Shown here: positions 1 to 10,224 of the stretch, in pieces
Layout of the letters: each line of letters starts with the position of its first letter
Position numbering within the stretch: position 1 is the first letter of the stretch
Assembly (NCBI GenBank): GCA_963752955.1
Contig: CAVWAD010000002.1
Coordinates: 8,573-72,572 of the forward strand
Source of the DNA: an uncultured archaeon
GTDB lineage: Archaea; Micrarchaeota; Micrarchaeia; Micrarchaeales; CABMGC01
Direction: 5' to 3'
Length of the DNA stretch: 64,000 nucleotides
Notes under the pieces: model-generated
What the model saw: the letters and a program-made list of their open reading frames with translations, nothing else
The model's database searches: none
What the model was told of the DNA's origin: nothing
Translations under genes and position numbers: made by a program

Positions 1-411
1 TGGACTAGCGGTGATGGGGGTGGTGTCGGTGGTGGGGATTGCGCCTGCGTCGATGGTGGTGGTGCCGACAGGGCCAAAGGCTGAGCTGGGGCTAGGCTCT
101 CCCTCGCCAGCACGGCTCCGCCATCGCCGTGGGCTCGGACTCGCGCTCAGCGCAGCGCAGCTCGACTAAGCTTCTTTTCGCAGGGCGTCTACGTGTAGTC
201 GCCTTACGACGGGACTACGCTTGGCTGCGGCGTTCCAGGACTACACATCGGTCAGACGCAGTTCCAAGCCCACTAAAGGCTTAGGGAGACAGTCATAGCG
301 ATAGCATGGGAAAATATAGCAAGATGATAGCGAACCTGGGTAAGGAAGAGGAGGCCTGGCTCGAACTACAAGGCCGGTCAAGGCTACAAGAAGGCTGCCC
401 TTCTGCGGAAC

Positions 412-705
412 TTGATACGGCGGGCCATAGAGAAAGATGAAGAGTATGCCAAGACAATGCAGAAGGCGCGGGAAGCGCAGCCGAAGCACGCGGGAAAACG
501 GATTGACGCCGCGGAGCTTGTCGCCGACATGTGCAAAGACGAGAGCATCGATCCTAAGAGCAGAAAACTGTACGAACACATGGATTGGGCGTTCAAAAAC
601 CTGAATCATTTGCCTCCAGAAAGTGCCATGGCCCTGGGGATCCTAAAGGAAAGGTTTGAAAGGATTAGCGAAGATATAGATAACGAAGCGCCGGAATCGG
701 GATGA
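412..705 (+). CDS. hypothetical small charged protein (97 aa, TTG start in track)
   Basis: This is the only ORF with protein-like composition in 240-930. No family was recognised. The overlapping antisense ORF 241..609 looks like a GC artefact. Confidence 0.3.
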   Translation: MIRRAIEKDEEYAKTMQKAREAQPKHAGKRIDAAELVADMCKDESIDPKSRKLYEHMDWAFKNLNHLPPESAMALGILKERFERISEDIDNEAPESG

Positions 706-1150
706 CAAGAATGAGGAAACGGTATTCTACGTCGACAAACGTCTTGATGGACAGATGATAGCGTTTGACGTCGTAGGATTCCGGTGGTGAAGCACTTTTG
801 TCGTCAGTAGAACGGTCGGAGCAGGTCGACGACAAATCGAAGACAAAATTAGATGAAGGTTAATGTATTTCGAATCCTAAGCCTAAAAGGACACAGAGTA
901 TTTTAATGATTGTGCGCAACATAGTAAAATCTCAACTTGTCTAGGGCATTGTACATGAGAATCATTGTAGTAAGGCATGGGGAAACAGAAGAGAACAGAA
1001 GGCATGTGCTGGCGGGACATGCTCCCGGTAAATTGAATAGAACTGGGAAGAGCCAGATAGCTAAGCTTGCAATCAAATTGAAAACGGAAAAAATTGACAA
1101 GATATTCTCAAGCGACCTTAAACGCGCAGTCGATACTACGAAGGGGATAG

Positions 1151-2231
1151 GGTTGTGTCCAACAATTCCACTAATTACTAGGGGTTTTTAGCCCCTAGTT
1201 GCACTGGATTTTGGCGATTCAGTGCAGAACCATAAGAGAGATTGGAGTTTGTATAACCGACAGTTGGTTGACAGGGGAAGGACTTCCACCTATCTCGGAC
1301 CTGCACTTTCGCATCAGACGGAAGACCTTTCCGTTATGAACAACGGAAAGGTAGGCCATCCGTATGAGTACAGTGACCTTCTAATTATTGCAGGGTTTGC
1401 AGTGAAGTCTGTCTTCAAAATAGGCTACAGGGAGGCGGCAGGAAATGTCGCCGATTACGTGGATAGAATCGGTGTGAAAGGGCATCCCGATTTCAGAACG
1501 ATGCACTGGAGGATATCGCAGATGAAGAAGGACGGAATAAAGTTCATGATCTACCAAAAACACGGCAGTGACCTCGAAGTGATTATCGACTCCACTGGCA
1601 TAAAGTCAGTGAACGATGGCGAATACCGGAGCACCAAATACGGGAAAATGAAGGAGTGGGACAAGATGCACATCGCAATCGAACGAAAGACACACAGAAT
1701 ATTGAATGTCGAAGTGACGGGCAAAGACGTCGGCGATGTTCGCGAATTCATCCCCTTGATGAAACCCATAACGGAGATGAATGACGTCTCCCGCGCGACT
1801 ACAGATGGTGCATATGACTCGGAAAAGAACTTCGAATACTGCGACGACAGAGGCATAGAGCCAATATTGCCCGTCCACATCAATGCCTCTGGCAAGGAGG
1901 GCAGGCACCGTCGGAAGTACGTCGAAGAGCAGTTGGGTGTTAGGCGTAGGAGAGGCATGAACCGTAATGTGTCTCCACCAGAGAATATCAGAAGAAAGAA
2001 CCAGGAGGCGTGGAAGAATCGAACAGGTTATCACGATAGATCTCTTGTAGAGACCGTAATCGGCGTGTTCAAGGGCGCGTTTGGCGAATACACTTTTTCT
2101 AGAAACGATGATATGAAGGAGAAGGAATTGCTTCTGAAAGCAGTGGTCTACAATACGTTCCTGATTTGATTACTGGAGTCAAGAGTTAGGGGAACCCGTG
2201 CTGAGGTTAGGTTGAGTTATTGGACACAGCC
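1151..2231 (+). mobile_element. IS5-family-like insertion sequence (1081 bp)
   Basis: The terminal inverted repeats are GGTTGTGTCCAACAA (1151-1165) and TTATTGGACACAGCC (2217-2231), matching at 13/15. An 8-bp target duplication GGGGATAG lies at 1143-1150 and 2232-2239. The element carries a single transposase ORF. Confidence 0.85.
1222..2169 (+). CDS. DDE transposase, IS4/IS5 superfamily
   Basis: The 315-aa ORF fills the IS. It has DSTG..(D), TTDGAYDS (D) and a downstream E-region typical of DDE_Tnp_1 transposases. The start is GTG. Confidence 0.8.
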   Translation: MQNHKRDWSLYNRQLVDRGRTSTYLGPALSHQTEDLSVMNNGKVGHPYEYSDLLIIAGFAVKSVFKIGYREAAGNVADYVDRIGVKGHPDFRTMHWRISQMKKDGIKFMIYQKHGSDLEVIIDSTGIKSVNDGEYRSTKYGKMKEWDKMHIAIERKTHRILNVEVTGKDVGDVREFIPLMKPITEMNDVSRATTDGAYDSEKNFEYCDDRGIEPILPVHINASGKEGRHRRKYVEEQLGVRRRRGMNRNVSPPENIRRKNQEAWKNRTGYHDRSLVETVIGVFKGAFGEYTFSRNDDMKEKELLLKAVVYNTFLI

Positions 2232-2755
2232 GGGGATAGCAAAATATCATAAAGTCCCTATAGTATATACCGCGGACTTAAGAGAACAGAATTATGGAAT
2301 ATTTCAGGGAAAGACGCTGAAGGATCTTCTTGCTGTCCAAAAATCAAACCTTCGATATACCCCACCAAATGGAGAAAGTCTATACGATGTAAGAAGAAGA
2401 GTTAAACGTTTTGTGCGCTTACTACAGAGGGATAAAAACCTAAAACAAAAGATCGTGCTCGTCTCTGCACATGCGGGCGTCGTATACGGCATGTATTCAA
2501 TTTTTATGCACATATCCATGCAAAAAGCGATGGAGATGCACCCTAAGAATACCGACATTGTAATTTTCAATAGGCGGCTGGTGGCAAGTACAGAGAGGGC
2601 ATTCCGCTGAGTAAATAACAGGTAATATTAAAGCATATTTATCAATATTGATTGGGCATTTGACTTGTTCGACCATTCTCGGTCGTAGCATCTAGCTGAG
2701 ATTCCAAGGGGTTTGATTGACAAGAAGTGGCAAGGTCTCGGTAAAGAGGCAGACG

Positions 2756-3805
2756 ATGGAAAGAAAGGAGAGCCACATAAAGGTCTGTTTGGAAAAGCCG
2801 GTTCAGGCCAGAGAGCTGAAGACGCTGTTTGGCGACGTGCACCTCATCAACGACGCCCTGCCCGAGATGGATCTCGATGACGTTGACACCTCGACTACCT
2901 TCTTGGGCCACAAATTCTCGGCGCCGCTTATGATAGGCGCAATGACTGGAGGTGCATACCTCGCTAAGACCATAAACAGGAATCTTGCCGAGGCGGCGCA
3001 GGAGGCCGGCATAGGCATGGCGGTCGGCAGCCAGAGGGCGGGGTTCCTGGACAAATCCCTTGCCGAGACGTACTCGATAACGAGGAAGGTCGCGCCGGAC
3101 ATATTCCTCGGCTCGAACATAGGCGGCGCGCAGATTGCGAAAGGATTCGGCGTTGAAGAAGGCAGAAAACTCGTGAAGATGATAGATGCCGACGCGCTTT
3201 ATATTCATTTGAATCCTGCGCAGGAGGTGGTGCAGCCCGAAGGCGAAGAGAGGTATAGGAATGTCCTCTCTGGCATAAAGCCGTTCGTCGATGGGCTCGA
3301 CGTTCCTGTGGTGGTCAAGGAGGTAGGTTTTGGCATCTCGGGAGCGGTATCGAAAAAACTGGAGGACATTGGCATCGACGCGATAGAAGTTGCCGGATCG
3401 GGTGGCACAAGCTATGCCGCGGTCGAATATTACAGGGCAAAGGAGTCAGGGATGCAGATGAAGCAGAGGATGGGCGATCTCTTCTGGGACTGGGGCATAC
3501 CCACGGCGGCGTCCCTGTGTATGGCAAGGAAGGCGGTTAGGATCCCGATCGTCGCTTCGGGCGGAATCAGGACCGGCCTCGATATCGCAAAATCAATAGC
3601 CATGGGCGCGTCGATGAGTGCGGTCGCGCTTCCACTGCTCAGACCCGCAACGATATCTGCAGAGAAGGTCGGAGAGAAGCTCAACGAACTGACGTACGGA
3701 CTGAAGCTTGCCATGTTCTTGACAGGATGCAGGAACATTGCAGAGCTTGGCAGGGTCAAGCGCGTCGTTACAGGGGATCTCAAGGATTGGCTGGACCAGA
3801 TATGA
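2756..3805 (+). CDS. fni: isopentenyl-diphosphate delta-isomerase, type 2 (FMN-dependent)
   Basis: Motifs FLGHKFSAPLMIGAMTGG, VVKEVGFGIS and ASGGIRTGLDIAKSIAMGA are characteristic of IDI-2. The ATG at 2756 is preferred over the TTG at 2717. Confidence 0.9.
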   Translation: MERKESHIKVCLEKPVQARELKTLFGDVHLINDALPEMDLDDVDTSTTFLGHKFSAPLMIGAMTGGAYLAKTINRNLAEAAQEAGIGMAVGSQRAGFLDKSLAETYSITRKVAPDIFLGSNIGGAQIAKGFGVEEGRKLVKMIDADALYIHLNPAQEVVQPEGEERYRNVLSGIKPFVDGLDVPVVVKEVGFGISGAVSKKLEDIGIDAIEVAGSGGTSYAAVEYYRAKESGMQMKQRMGDLFWDWGIPTAASLCMARKAVRIPIVASGGIRTGLDIAKSIAMGASMSAVALPLLRPATISAEKVGEKLNELTYGLKLAMFLTGCRNIAELGRVKRVVTGDLKDWLDQI

Positions 3806-3809
3806 TGCC

Positions 3810-4292
3810 CTAGTGGCCTGCCATCGGTTTTCTCATGCGGGCCGCAAGCCTCCTGAGGTTCTCGTCGCTCTCGCGCTCCTTTCCGGACATGCTTATTATG
3901 AATCCGCTGTACCAGTTCGGCTTCAGGAGGCCGATGAGCTTGCCGTAGGTCTCCTTGCCCACCGTCTTCTTCCTTACCCGCTTGACCGGGAACAGCTTCG
4001 TGTGCACGTGGTCTATGGCATAGCCCTGGAACACCTGCATGCACCTCTCCGCGCCCATAGCGGAGTCTATTCGCTTCGCGACTTTCTGCGTGAAGGCCGC
4101 GAGCTCTTTCAGGTCTTTCTCCGGGATGTCGAAGACGTAGCCGCCGAAGTGCTTCTTGGGTATCGCTATCGCCTGGCCTTCGACTAAGGGAAAGACGTCC
4201 AGAAAGGCGATGTGTTTCCTGTCCTCAAGTATCATGTGGCCCTTCTCCTCCCCGGACGCTATCCTGCAGAACAGGCACTTTTTAGTTTCCAT
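3810..4292 (-). CDS. HIT-family (histidine triad-like) protein
   Basis: The protein has an N-terminal CLFCRI motif and the HIT fold pattern. The triad region reads DHVHTKLFP, so the third His of HxHxH is replaced. Confidence 0.6.
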   Translation of the reverse strand: METKKCLFCRIASGEEKGHMILEDRKHIAFLDVFPLVEGQAIAIPKKHFGGYVFDIPEKDLKELAAFTQKVAKRIDSAMGAERCMQVFQGYAIDHVHTKLFPVKRVRKKTVGKETYGKLIGLLKPNWYSGFIISMSGKERESDENLRRLAARMRKPMAGH

Positions 4293-4308
4293 AATACACA
4301 CTAAAAAC

Positions 4309-5181
4309 TCATCTTATTCCGTCCGCCCAATTTAGGGTAATGCGAGCCAGCTCTTTTTCCTTTCTGTGGAAAGAGTGGTCCGCGCCCGCTATTATCTTCC
4401 ACTCGAAGTCTGCGGACACCGTCTTGGACTCTAATATGCTCATATATTTTCTTACTGGTTTAGTTCTATGTTCTTCCTTGCTACCGAATACGGCGAGAAT
4501 AGGCTGCCTTATTCGCCCGAATTCCTCCAGATCTGAGTCATAATTGAATAATCTGGCCTCTACATTTCTAGGTTCCGCGTAACTCAGGAACCTCCTCGCT
4601 GTGTAATAGTATATCCCCCCTGAAGCCAACTCATCGCCCCTGCCGCGCCTGACCATGTCCTTCGCTATCCTCACTGCAAGCGGGAACCTGTCTTTGAGTT
4701 CCTGCCTGGCGACATTATAATCGTCTACCGGCGCGAGGAGTATTACGCCTCTGACCTTTCGATCCTTTCTTTTCGAACAGTAATAGGTTACTTTTTGGCA
4801 GCCCGTGCTTTGACCTTGGAGAATTATGCTCCTATAGCCCAGCCTCGAGAGGAATCTTATCGCCCCTTCGATGTCGAACAGGCAGTCTTCGAATTTCTCC
4901 CTTGCCGTGCCTATGTACCTTCTGTCTTTTCCGGTCGTGTGAAAACTGTTTACCGATCCCATGCCCCTGTTGTTTGCCAGGAATATGTCCACGTTGCCGC
5001 CCTTGGCCACGGAATATAGCGCCCTGTACCGCTCAGAGGAAAAGAAGTTGGAGGTCATCCCGAAGACGTTCAGTATGACCTTTCTGTTTCGGCTCCTGGA
5101 CCTCAGCAGGAATCCGTCCAGCCTCAGGCCGTCCTTCGTCGTGAACTTGACCAGCTCTCCGTACATGCGGCTATCGGCCAT
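4309..5181 (-). CDS. alpha/beta-fold hydrolase
   Basis: The 290-aa protein has a GQSTG nucleophile elbow (GxSxG) and a later D...H pattern (AGADHSF). Confidence 0.6.
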   Translation of the reverse strand: MADSRMYGELVKFTTKDGLRLDGFLLRSRSRNRKVILNVFGMTSNFFSSERYRALYSVAKGGNVDIFLANNRGMGSVNSFHTTGKDRRYIGTAREKFEDCLFDIEGAIRFLSRLGYRSIILQGQSTGCQKVTYYCSKRKDRKVRGVILLAPVDDYNVARQELKDRFPLAVRIAKDMVRRGRGDELASGGIYYYTARRFLSYAEPRNVEARLFNYDSDLEEFGRIRQPILAVFGSKEEHRTKPVRKYMSILESKTVSADFEWKIIAGADHSFHRKEKELARITLNWADGIR

Positions 5182-5254
5182 GGCCTGACCCGTTTCTGAT
5201 TTGGTGCCAGTTAGATTAAAAATACTAGCGTCGCATATTAATCGTGCCTTGGCG

Positions 5255-5647
5255 ATGTTTCATATGGCGAACGCGATAGTTTCGGTATTGGTCATCGCGA
5301 TAGTCCTGCTGTCCGCCTACATGCTGTACCTCTTATCGGCGAACTGGTCCCCCTTGTTGGCGCCGGCGCAGAGACAGAACAGCGTCGTGGTGAGCGGGAC
5401 GATAACGACCGGTGTCCTGACCAGGCCCACCCTGGCGGCGTTCACATCGAAGAGCACGGGCGCAAGGTTCGTCACGTCGATAAACGGCGGCGGCCACTAC
5501 GCGATCTCGCTCCTGGGCAACGACACCTACGCGGTCAAGGTCTATTACAGCAGCCTATTCGGGAACACGACCAGCCCCGCCTGCGGCTCGCGCACGGTAG
5601 CGCTGAACGGCAGCTCGCTGAGCGCCAACTTCACGATGAGCTGCTAG
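5255..5647 (+). CDS. membrane-anchored secreted protein with a beta-sandwich (CarboxypepD_reg-like) look
   Basis: An N-terminal TM helix (AIVSVLVIAIVLLSAYMLYLL) is followed by VVVSGTITTG..GGHYAISLLGNDTYAVKVYY. A TATA-like box lies about 30 nt upstream. The start could be 5255 or 5264. Confidence 0.5.
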   Translation: MFHMANAIVSVLVIAIVLLSAYMLYLLSANWSPLLAPAQRQNSVVVSGTITTGVLTRPTLAAFTSKSTGARFVTSINGGGHYAISLLGNDTYAVKVYYSSLFGNTTSPACGSRTVALNGSSLSANFTMSC

Positions 5648-5657
5648 CGCCGCCGGC

Positions 5658-7112
5658 TCAGAGCACGAAGACGAAGTTCCTGAACTGCCACACGTCGCTC
5701 GAGTCCGCCATGCTCAGCGGGTTCTCCTTGAAAAAGACCTTCCTGTTCTTCAGCGGCGTCCAGTCGCTCTGCATCGAGACCAGCTTGCCGAGGTACGGCT
5801 TGGCTATCTTCAGTATGAACTCGTGCGGCAGGTCGTCCGGCAGGCATACCCCCCTCCTCGGGTTCTCGAGCGCCCACAGCAGGGCCGAGACGACGCCTAT
5901 CGCGACCTGCAGGGTCGTGGCGTTCTGGTGCGGCACCAGCCTCCGGGTCTCGTTTATGCTGAGCACAGAGCCCGTCCACCAGGAGACGAAGGGGTGGCCC
6001 ATTATGAGCGCGCCGAGGATGTCCTCGCCCTTCTTGATGTCGTCGGACATTATCCTGAGCTTGGGCTGCATCTCGTAGTTCCTGGCCCTGAGCTCCCATA
6101 GCGACGAGAGCGTCTCGTGGCACGGCATGTAAGCGTAATGGACCGTGGGCCTGTACACGGCAGCACCGTCCTTCCAGACCGTGAGGTGCTCCGATATGCT
6201 GAACGCCTCGCCGTGCCTTATCACCATCCCCAGTATCTCCTGCCCGGGTATCCACGACCTCACCCAGGTGTTCATGCCCATCTGAGAGAGGAAGATCTGG
6301 TTCCTCGGCCCGACCGCCGGGACGTTGGCCAGCTGCGGGAGGTACTTCTCGTGGGTCCCCCATCCCATCTCCGCGGGGGCCACGCCCTCCTCGCGAAGGC
6401 CCTCGATGCTCCACGTGCCGACGAACTCGTTCACCTCCTTCGGCCTGCTCGTTATCTGCGTGTCGCGCTCCGAGCAGTGTATGACCTTGACCTCGAGCTC
6501 CATGCTTAGCTCCGCGTATCGCTTCCCCGCGATCAGCTCCTTTAGGAGCTCCGCCCTCTTCTGGGGGATCTTCTTGTCCCTGATCAGCTTCTCGGATATG
6601 TCGATGAGGCCCTTCTTGACGAAGTGCGATATGAGGCCGGGGTTCGCGCCGTGCTCCAGCACCGCGGTCGGGGCGCCCTCCCAGTCCTTTGTCAGGTCCC
6701 TTATCTGCATGTACCTGTGGTACAGCGATTTCTCATAGGGGGTCTTCTCCGTCATCCCCTTCTTGGGATCCCACTGCTCCACCGAGGTGTTGACGTAGAG
6801 GATCTCGTTGTCGTGGCACCACTTGAGAAGCTCGCAGCAGTCTATGTTCCACGCCAGGTCGATGAGCAGGTCACCGGGGGCCAGGTGCTTCGCCAGCATG
6901 CTCGGCAGGTTCTCCTGGGTTATCTTGCACCTCACGAAGGTCACCCCTTTCCTGATCCAGGGCGCCAGCTCCTTCGCCTTGTCCTCGAAATCTATCACCG
7001 TGATGTTCTTGAGGGGGACGTCGACGTGCGCCAGAAGCACGGGAAGCGTGCATCGCGCGACCGCGCCGTAGCCCAGCATCAGGATTCTGTTCTCGAAAAT
7101 CGCCTTTTTCAT
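5658..7112 (-). CDS. hss: homospermidine synthase (bacterial type, saccharopine-dehydrogenase-like)
   Basis: The 484-aa protein appears colinear with bacterial HSS as I remember it: the LGYGAVARCTLPVL Rossmann start, GANPGLISHFVK, ERDTQ, TWSIEG, YRPTVHYAY, NATTLQV and a C-terminal DVWQFRN. Confidence 0.8.
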   Translation of the reverse strand: MKKAIFENRILMLGYGAVARCTLPVLLAHVDVPLKNITVIDFEDKAKELAPWIRKGVTFVRCKITQENLPSMLAKHLAPGDLLIDLAWNIDCCELLKWCHDNEILYVNTSVEQWDPKKGMTEKTPYEKSLYHRYMQIRDLTKDWEGAPTAVLEHGANPGLISHFVKKGLIDISEKLIRDKKIPQKRAELLKELIAGKRYAELSMELEVKVIHCSERDTQITSRPKEVNEFVGTWSIEGLREEGVAPAEMGWGTHEKYLPQLANVPAVGPRNQIFLSQMGMNTWVRSWIPGQEILGMVIRHGEAFSISEHLTVWKDGAAVYRPTVHYAYMPCHETLSSLWELRARNYEMQPKLRIMSDDIKKGEDILGALIMGHPFVSWWTGSVLSINETRRLVPHQNATTLQVAIGVVSALLWALENPRRGVCLPDDLPHEFILKIAKPYLGKLVSMQSDWTPLKNRKVFFKENPLSMADSSDVWQFRNFVFVL

Positions 7113-7352
7113 GGTTTTTCAGCCTCGAAGAATAGATAACAGGCAATTCCTTAAAAAGCTTTCTGAATACAAAGGCGGGACAGCCGTCGGCTGGGCTACC
7201 CTGCGCCGGCTTTTTCTGCAGGCGGGACGACAAGGAATATATATCTAACGGGAGATAATAGTATTCGGAAAGAATCGTGTGGTGGAATTAAAAAGACGCG
7301 CTGTTCTTTCTACGAAGACTCTAATTTTCGCATAAATAATCCGGCGCGAAGT

Positions 7353-8072
7353 TTACCTTATTGGTGCGTACTCCTCGTTGGGCTTCTTGAAGAGATGGTA
7401 CCTGAATATGTTGAGTATGTGGTACAGAAAGAAGCCGGATACGCCCCAGGCCCTGATCCTCCTGACGCTCGTGTACACTACCGCGTCATCCAGGTACGCT
7501 ATCCTGCCAAGCTTGCGTATCCTGAGGGAGAGGTCCCAGTCCTCGTAGGTCTGGTACTTCTCGTTGAAGCCTTTAACCTTCTCGAATATCTTCCTGCGGA
7601 CCGCGAAGTTCAGGCCGACTATAGAGGGCCTGCCGAAGAGTATGGAAGACTTGACGAACAGTATGGAGACGAACTTGTATCCGAGGTTCACCCTCTTCTT
7701 GGTCCTCTCGAGCGGCAGTATGGGCCCCGTGGCCGCGACGTCGTCCGTGTTCTTGAACGCGTCGTAGTAGGTCTCGAGCAGCGCCTTTGAGGGCCTGGTG
7801 TCCGCGTCCAGGAACACGAGCAGGTTCCCTTTGGCCGCCTTCGCCCCAGTGTTCCGGGCTATCCCGATCCCCCGCCGCTTCTCCACTACGACGCGCGCGG
7901 ATCTCCTTGCTATCTCGCGGGTCCCGTCCGTGCTGTTACCGTCGGCCACTATGGTCTCGAAGTCCCTGAACGTCTGGACCCTGAGGCCGTCAAGGACGTG
8001 CCTTATGTACTTCTCCTCGTTCAGTGCGGGAATTATTACGCTTATGGCCACGCCGTCCTTCATACGGTTCAA
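7353..8072 (-). CDS. glycosyltransferase family 2
   Basis: VIIPALNEE, ADGNSTDGT and FLDADT motifs indicate a GT-A fold with a DxD motif. Confidence 0.8.
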   Translation of the reverse strand: MNRMKDGVAISVIIPALNEEKYIRHVLDGLRVQTFRDFETIVADGNSTDGTREIARRSARVVVEKRRGIGIARNTGAKAAKGNLLVFLDADTRPSKALLETYYDAFKNTDDVAATGPILPLERTKKRVNLGYKFVSILFVKSSILFGRPSIVGLNFAVRRKIFEKVKGFNEKYQTYEDWDLSLRIRKLGRIAYLDDAVVYTSVRRIRAWGVSGFFLYHILNIFRYHLFKKPNEEYAPIR

Positions 8073-8185
8073 TAAACGTATTAAAGTATAAAAAGAGGCA
8101 CGTGAAAGAGCGAAGTGGGGGCCGGGAAAGCATTTCTAACTAAATGTATATATATGCCGGAAGAAATCCCTAATTGGGTAAGTAA

Positions 8186-9670
8186 GTGAAAAGCGCAAGA
8201 ATCATGCAAGGGAACGCGCCTGCGATAATGTACAAAAGCACAAACGGATCCCCAGAGATTGTAGATTTTAAGAAGGCATTGTTTAAAGGGCAGGCCTCTG
8301 ACAGGGGGCTTTTCATGCCGACCGAGATTCCAGTCATACCTCAGGAGGTCATTTCATCAATGAAAGATATGGCGTACCCTGAGATAGCGTCAATAGTGCT
8401 TAGCTATTTCCTTGGAGGCGAGATACCGCAGAAAGAGCTCGGGGCGCTGGCCAAGGACGCGTATAACTTCGATGTCCCTATGCAGACGGTAAGTAATGAT
8501 GAGAGCATTCTGTGGCTGACCCGTGGCCCGACGCTGTCTTTCAAGGATCTCGCTGCAAGGATGATGTCCAGAATCATGCAGTACTATCTTAGAAAAGACG
8601 CGGAGGAAAAAAAAGTGCACCGCTCTCCCGAAGACGACGTGACCATCTGGGAGGACGACTTTGGCAAGATCACGATGCCTGCCTGGAAGGACAGTTCCGG
8701 CAAGATTACCGTGTTGCTCTCGACGTCTGGCGATACCGGCAGCGCGGTCGCACATGCGCTTTACGGATTGAGCAACATCGACTGCATAGTGCTGTTTCCG
8801 GAGAACGAAGTCACGGAGCTTCAGAGAAAGCAGATGACGACCCTTGGAAAGAACGTGACGACGTATGCGGTAAAGGGCACGTTTGACGACTGCCAGGCGC
8901 TGGTTAAAAGGGCGTTTGCGGACCCCGAGCTTGAATACCTCAACCTGACATCGGCGAACTCAATCAATTTCGGCAGGCTTCTGCCTCAGATAATACAGTA
9001 TTTCTACGCTTACTCCAGATCGGCCAAGGGGGAGGAGGACGAGCCTGTCATCTCCGTCCCCTGCGGAAATTTCGGTCATCTTACCGCGGGCATCATAGCA
9101 AAACGCATGGGGCTACCCATCCACAAGTTCGTCGCCGCCACCAACGCGAACGATGAGTTTCCGGAATTCCTAAAGAGGGGAATATACGAGCCCTTGGTGC
9201 CATCGAAAAACTGCATCTCCAACGCCATGAACGTTGGTCACCCCAGCAATCTTGCCAGGATAGTCGCTCTGTACGGGGGACAGATGGATGAGAAAGGCAA
9301 GATAGTCAAGATGCCCGATCTCGAGGCGATGGGAAAGGACATCTTCTCGGTGAGCATATCGGACGAAGAGACAATGCGAGCAATGCGGGGGATGTATGAC
9401 AAATACGGCATAATCCTAGATCCGCACGGCGCGGTTGGATGGGCGGGCCTGAAAGAATATCTGAAACAGGCGGTGGGCGCGAGACCTTGCGTCCTGTTCG
9501 AGACTGCGGATCCCGGCAAGTTCCTCAAGCCGATAAAGGACGCCTTGGGCATCGACCTAGAAGTCCCGAAAGTGCTGGCGGAACTGATGCATAAGAAGGA
9601 GAACTACAAGGTAATCCCGAACGAGTATGAGGAGCTGAAGAAAGCGCTGATGGCCTCGCTGAAGAACTGA
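8186..9670 (+). CDS. thrC: threonine synthase
   Basis: The PLP-lysine motif GPTLSFKD is present, together with STSGDTGSA and SANSINFGRLLPQ. The exact start is uncertain (GTG at 8186, or a downstream ATG). Confidence 0.85.
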   Translation: MKSARIMQGNAPAIMYKSTNGSPEIVDFKKALFKGQASDRGLFMPTEIPVIPQEVISSMKDMAYPEIASIVLSYFLGGEIPQKELGALAKDAYNFDVPMQTVSNDESILWLTRGPTLSFKDLAARMMSRIMQYYLRKDAEEKKVHRSPEDDVTIWEDDFGKITMPAWKDSSGKITVLLSTSGDTGSAVAHALYGLSNIDCIVLFPENEVTELQRKQMTTLGKNVTTYAVKGTFDDCQALVKRAFADPELEYLNLTSANSINFGRLLPQIIQYFYAYSRSAKGEEDEPVISVPCGNFGHLTAGIIAKRMGLPIHKFVAATNANDEFPEFLKRGIYEPLVPSKNCISNAMNVGHPSNLARIVALYGGQMDEKGKIVKMPDLEAMGKDIFSVSISDEETMRAMRGMYDKYGIILDPHGAVGWAGLKEYLKQAVGARPCVLFETADPGKFLKPIKDALGIDLEVPKVLAELMHKKENYKVIPNEYEELKKALMASLKN

Positions 9671-9698
9671 TCTTCCGCTTGCCATTCCAGCCTATGCC

Positions 9699-10217
9699 TT
9701 ATTGCCACCTACCGAGTTTTAGCACGGACACAGTTGTTTTTCTAGACCCGTAATTCCTTCGCTTAGGGTCAAAGAAGGTTTCAATTTCAACAAAGCCGTT
9801 CTTCTCCATCATCCTTCGCGAAGCATCGTTTTCAGAATGCCTCTCGGCATATATCGAATCGAACCCCGCAGCCCGGAGTTCTTTAACTGCAAGGGAAAGA
9901 AGACGACTTCCTATGCCCTTGCCTTTTAACTCACGGTCAACTACTGCCTCCCCGATATATCCATGATCTTTCTTCCCAAGGACTTTTGGACGCTTGACCA
10001 TCCGACCCCAGGTAAAAGAAACAAAACCGACTATCCTTCCATCGCGCAGAGCAAGCACCGCCCTGACAGTGCCTTTCTCTATATTATTCAGATGCACTTC
10101 AACCGATTTCCTCGGCAAGTAATTATAGGAGTTGGGACCATGCTGGAAGATTACGCGCTTCATCTCTTCCACATCTGCACCAGTCGCGTTCCGGTAGTGA
10201 ATCTTAATCATACTCAC
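9699..10217 (-). CDS. GNAT family N-acetyltransferase
   Basis: The acetyl-CoA binding pattern VDRELKGKGIGSRLL (Q/RxxGxG/A) sits in a 172-aa protein. Confidence 0.8.
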   Translation of the reverse strand: MSMIKIHYRNATGADVEEMKRVIFQHGPNSYNYLPRKSVEVHLNNIEKGTVRAVLALRDGRIVGFVSFTWGRMVKRPKVLGKKDHGYIGEAVVDRELKGKGIGSRLLSLAVKELRAAGFDSIYAERHSENDASRRMMEKNGFVEIETFFDPKRRNYGSRKTTVSVLKLGRWQ

Positions 10218-10224
10218 CCAAATC

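Larger units (their letters stand above)
955..2610 (+). pseudogene. histidine phosphatase (phosphoglycerate-mutase-like) gene split by an IS insertion
   Basis: The N-terminal fragment 955..1150 reads MRIIVVRHGETEEN, carrying the RHGE catalytic motif. The C-terminal fragment 2232..2610 contains SAHAGVV. The two join in frame (..AVDTTKGI|AKYHKVPIVY..) once the IS and one copy of the 8-bp duplication are removed. Confidence 0.85.

Noticed and set aside
1-84. Possible 3' end of a gene entering from the left (..GDGGGVGGGDCACVDGGGADRAKG*), with a DCAC motif reminiscent of the Cys modules
   Set aside because: Only 27 codons are visible, which is too little to support a call.
2641-2652. Perfect 12-bp palindrome ATCAATATTGAT upstream of fni
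   Set aside because: It is a single short A/T palindrome in a promoter-rich spacer and could be chance. Nothing else supports a function.
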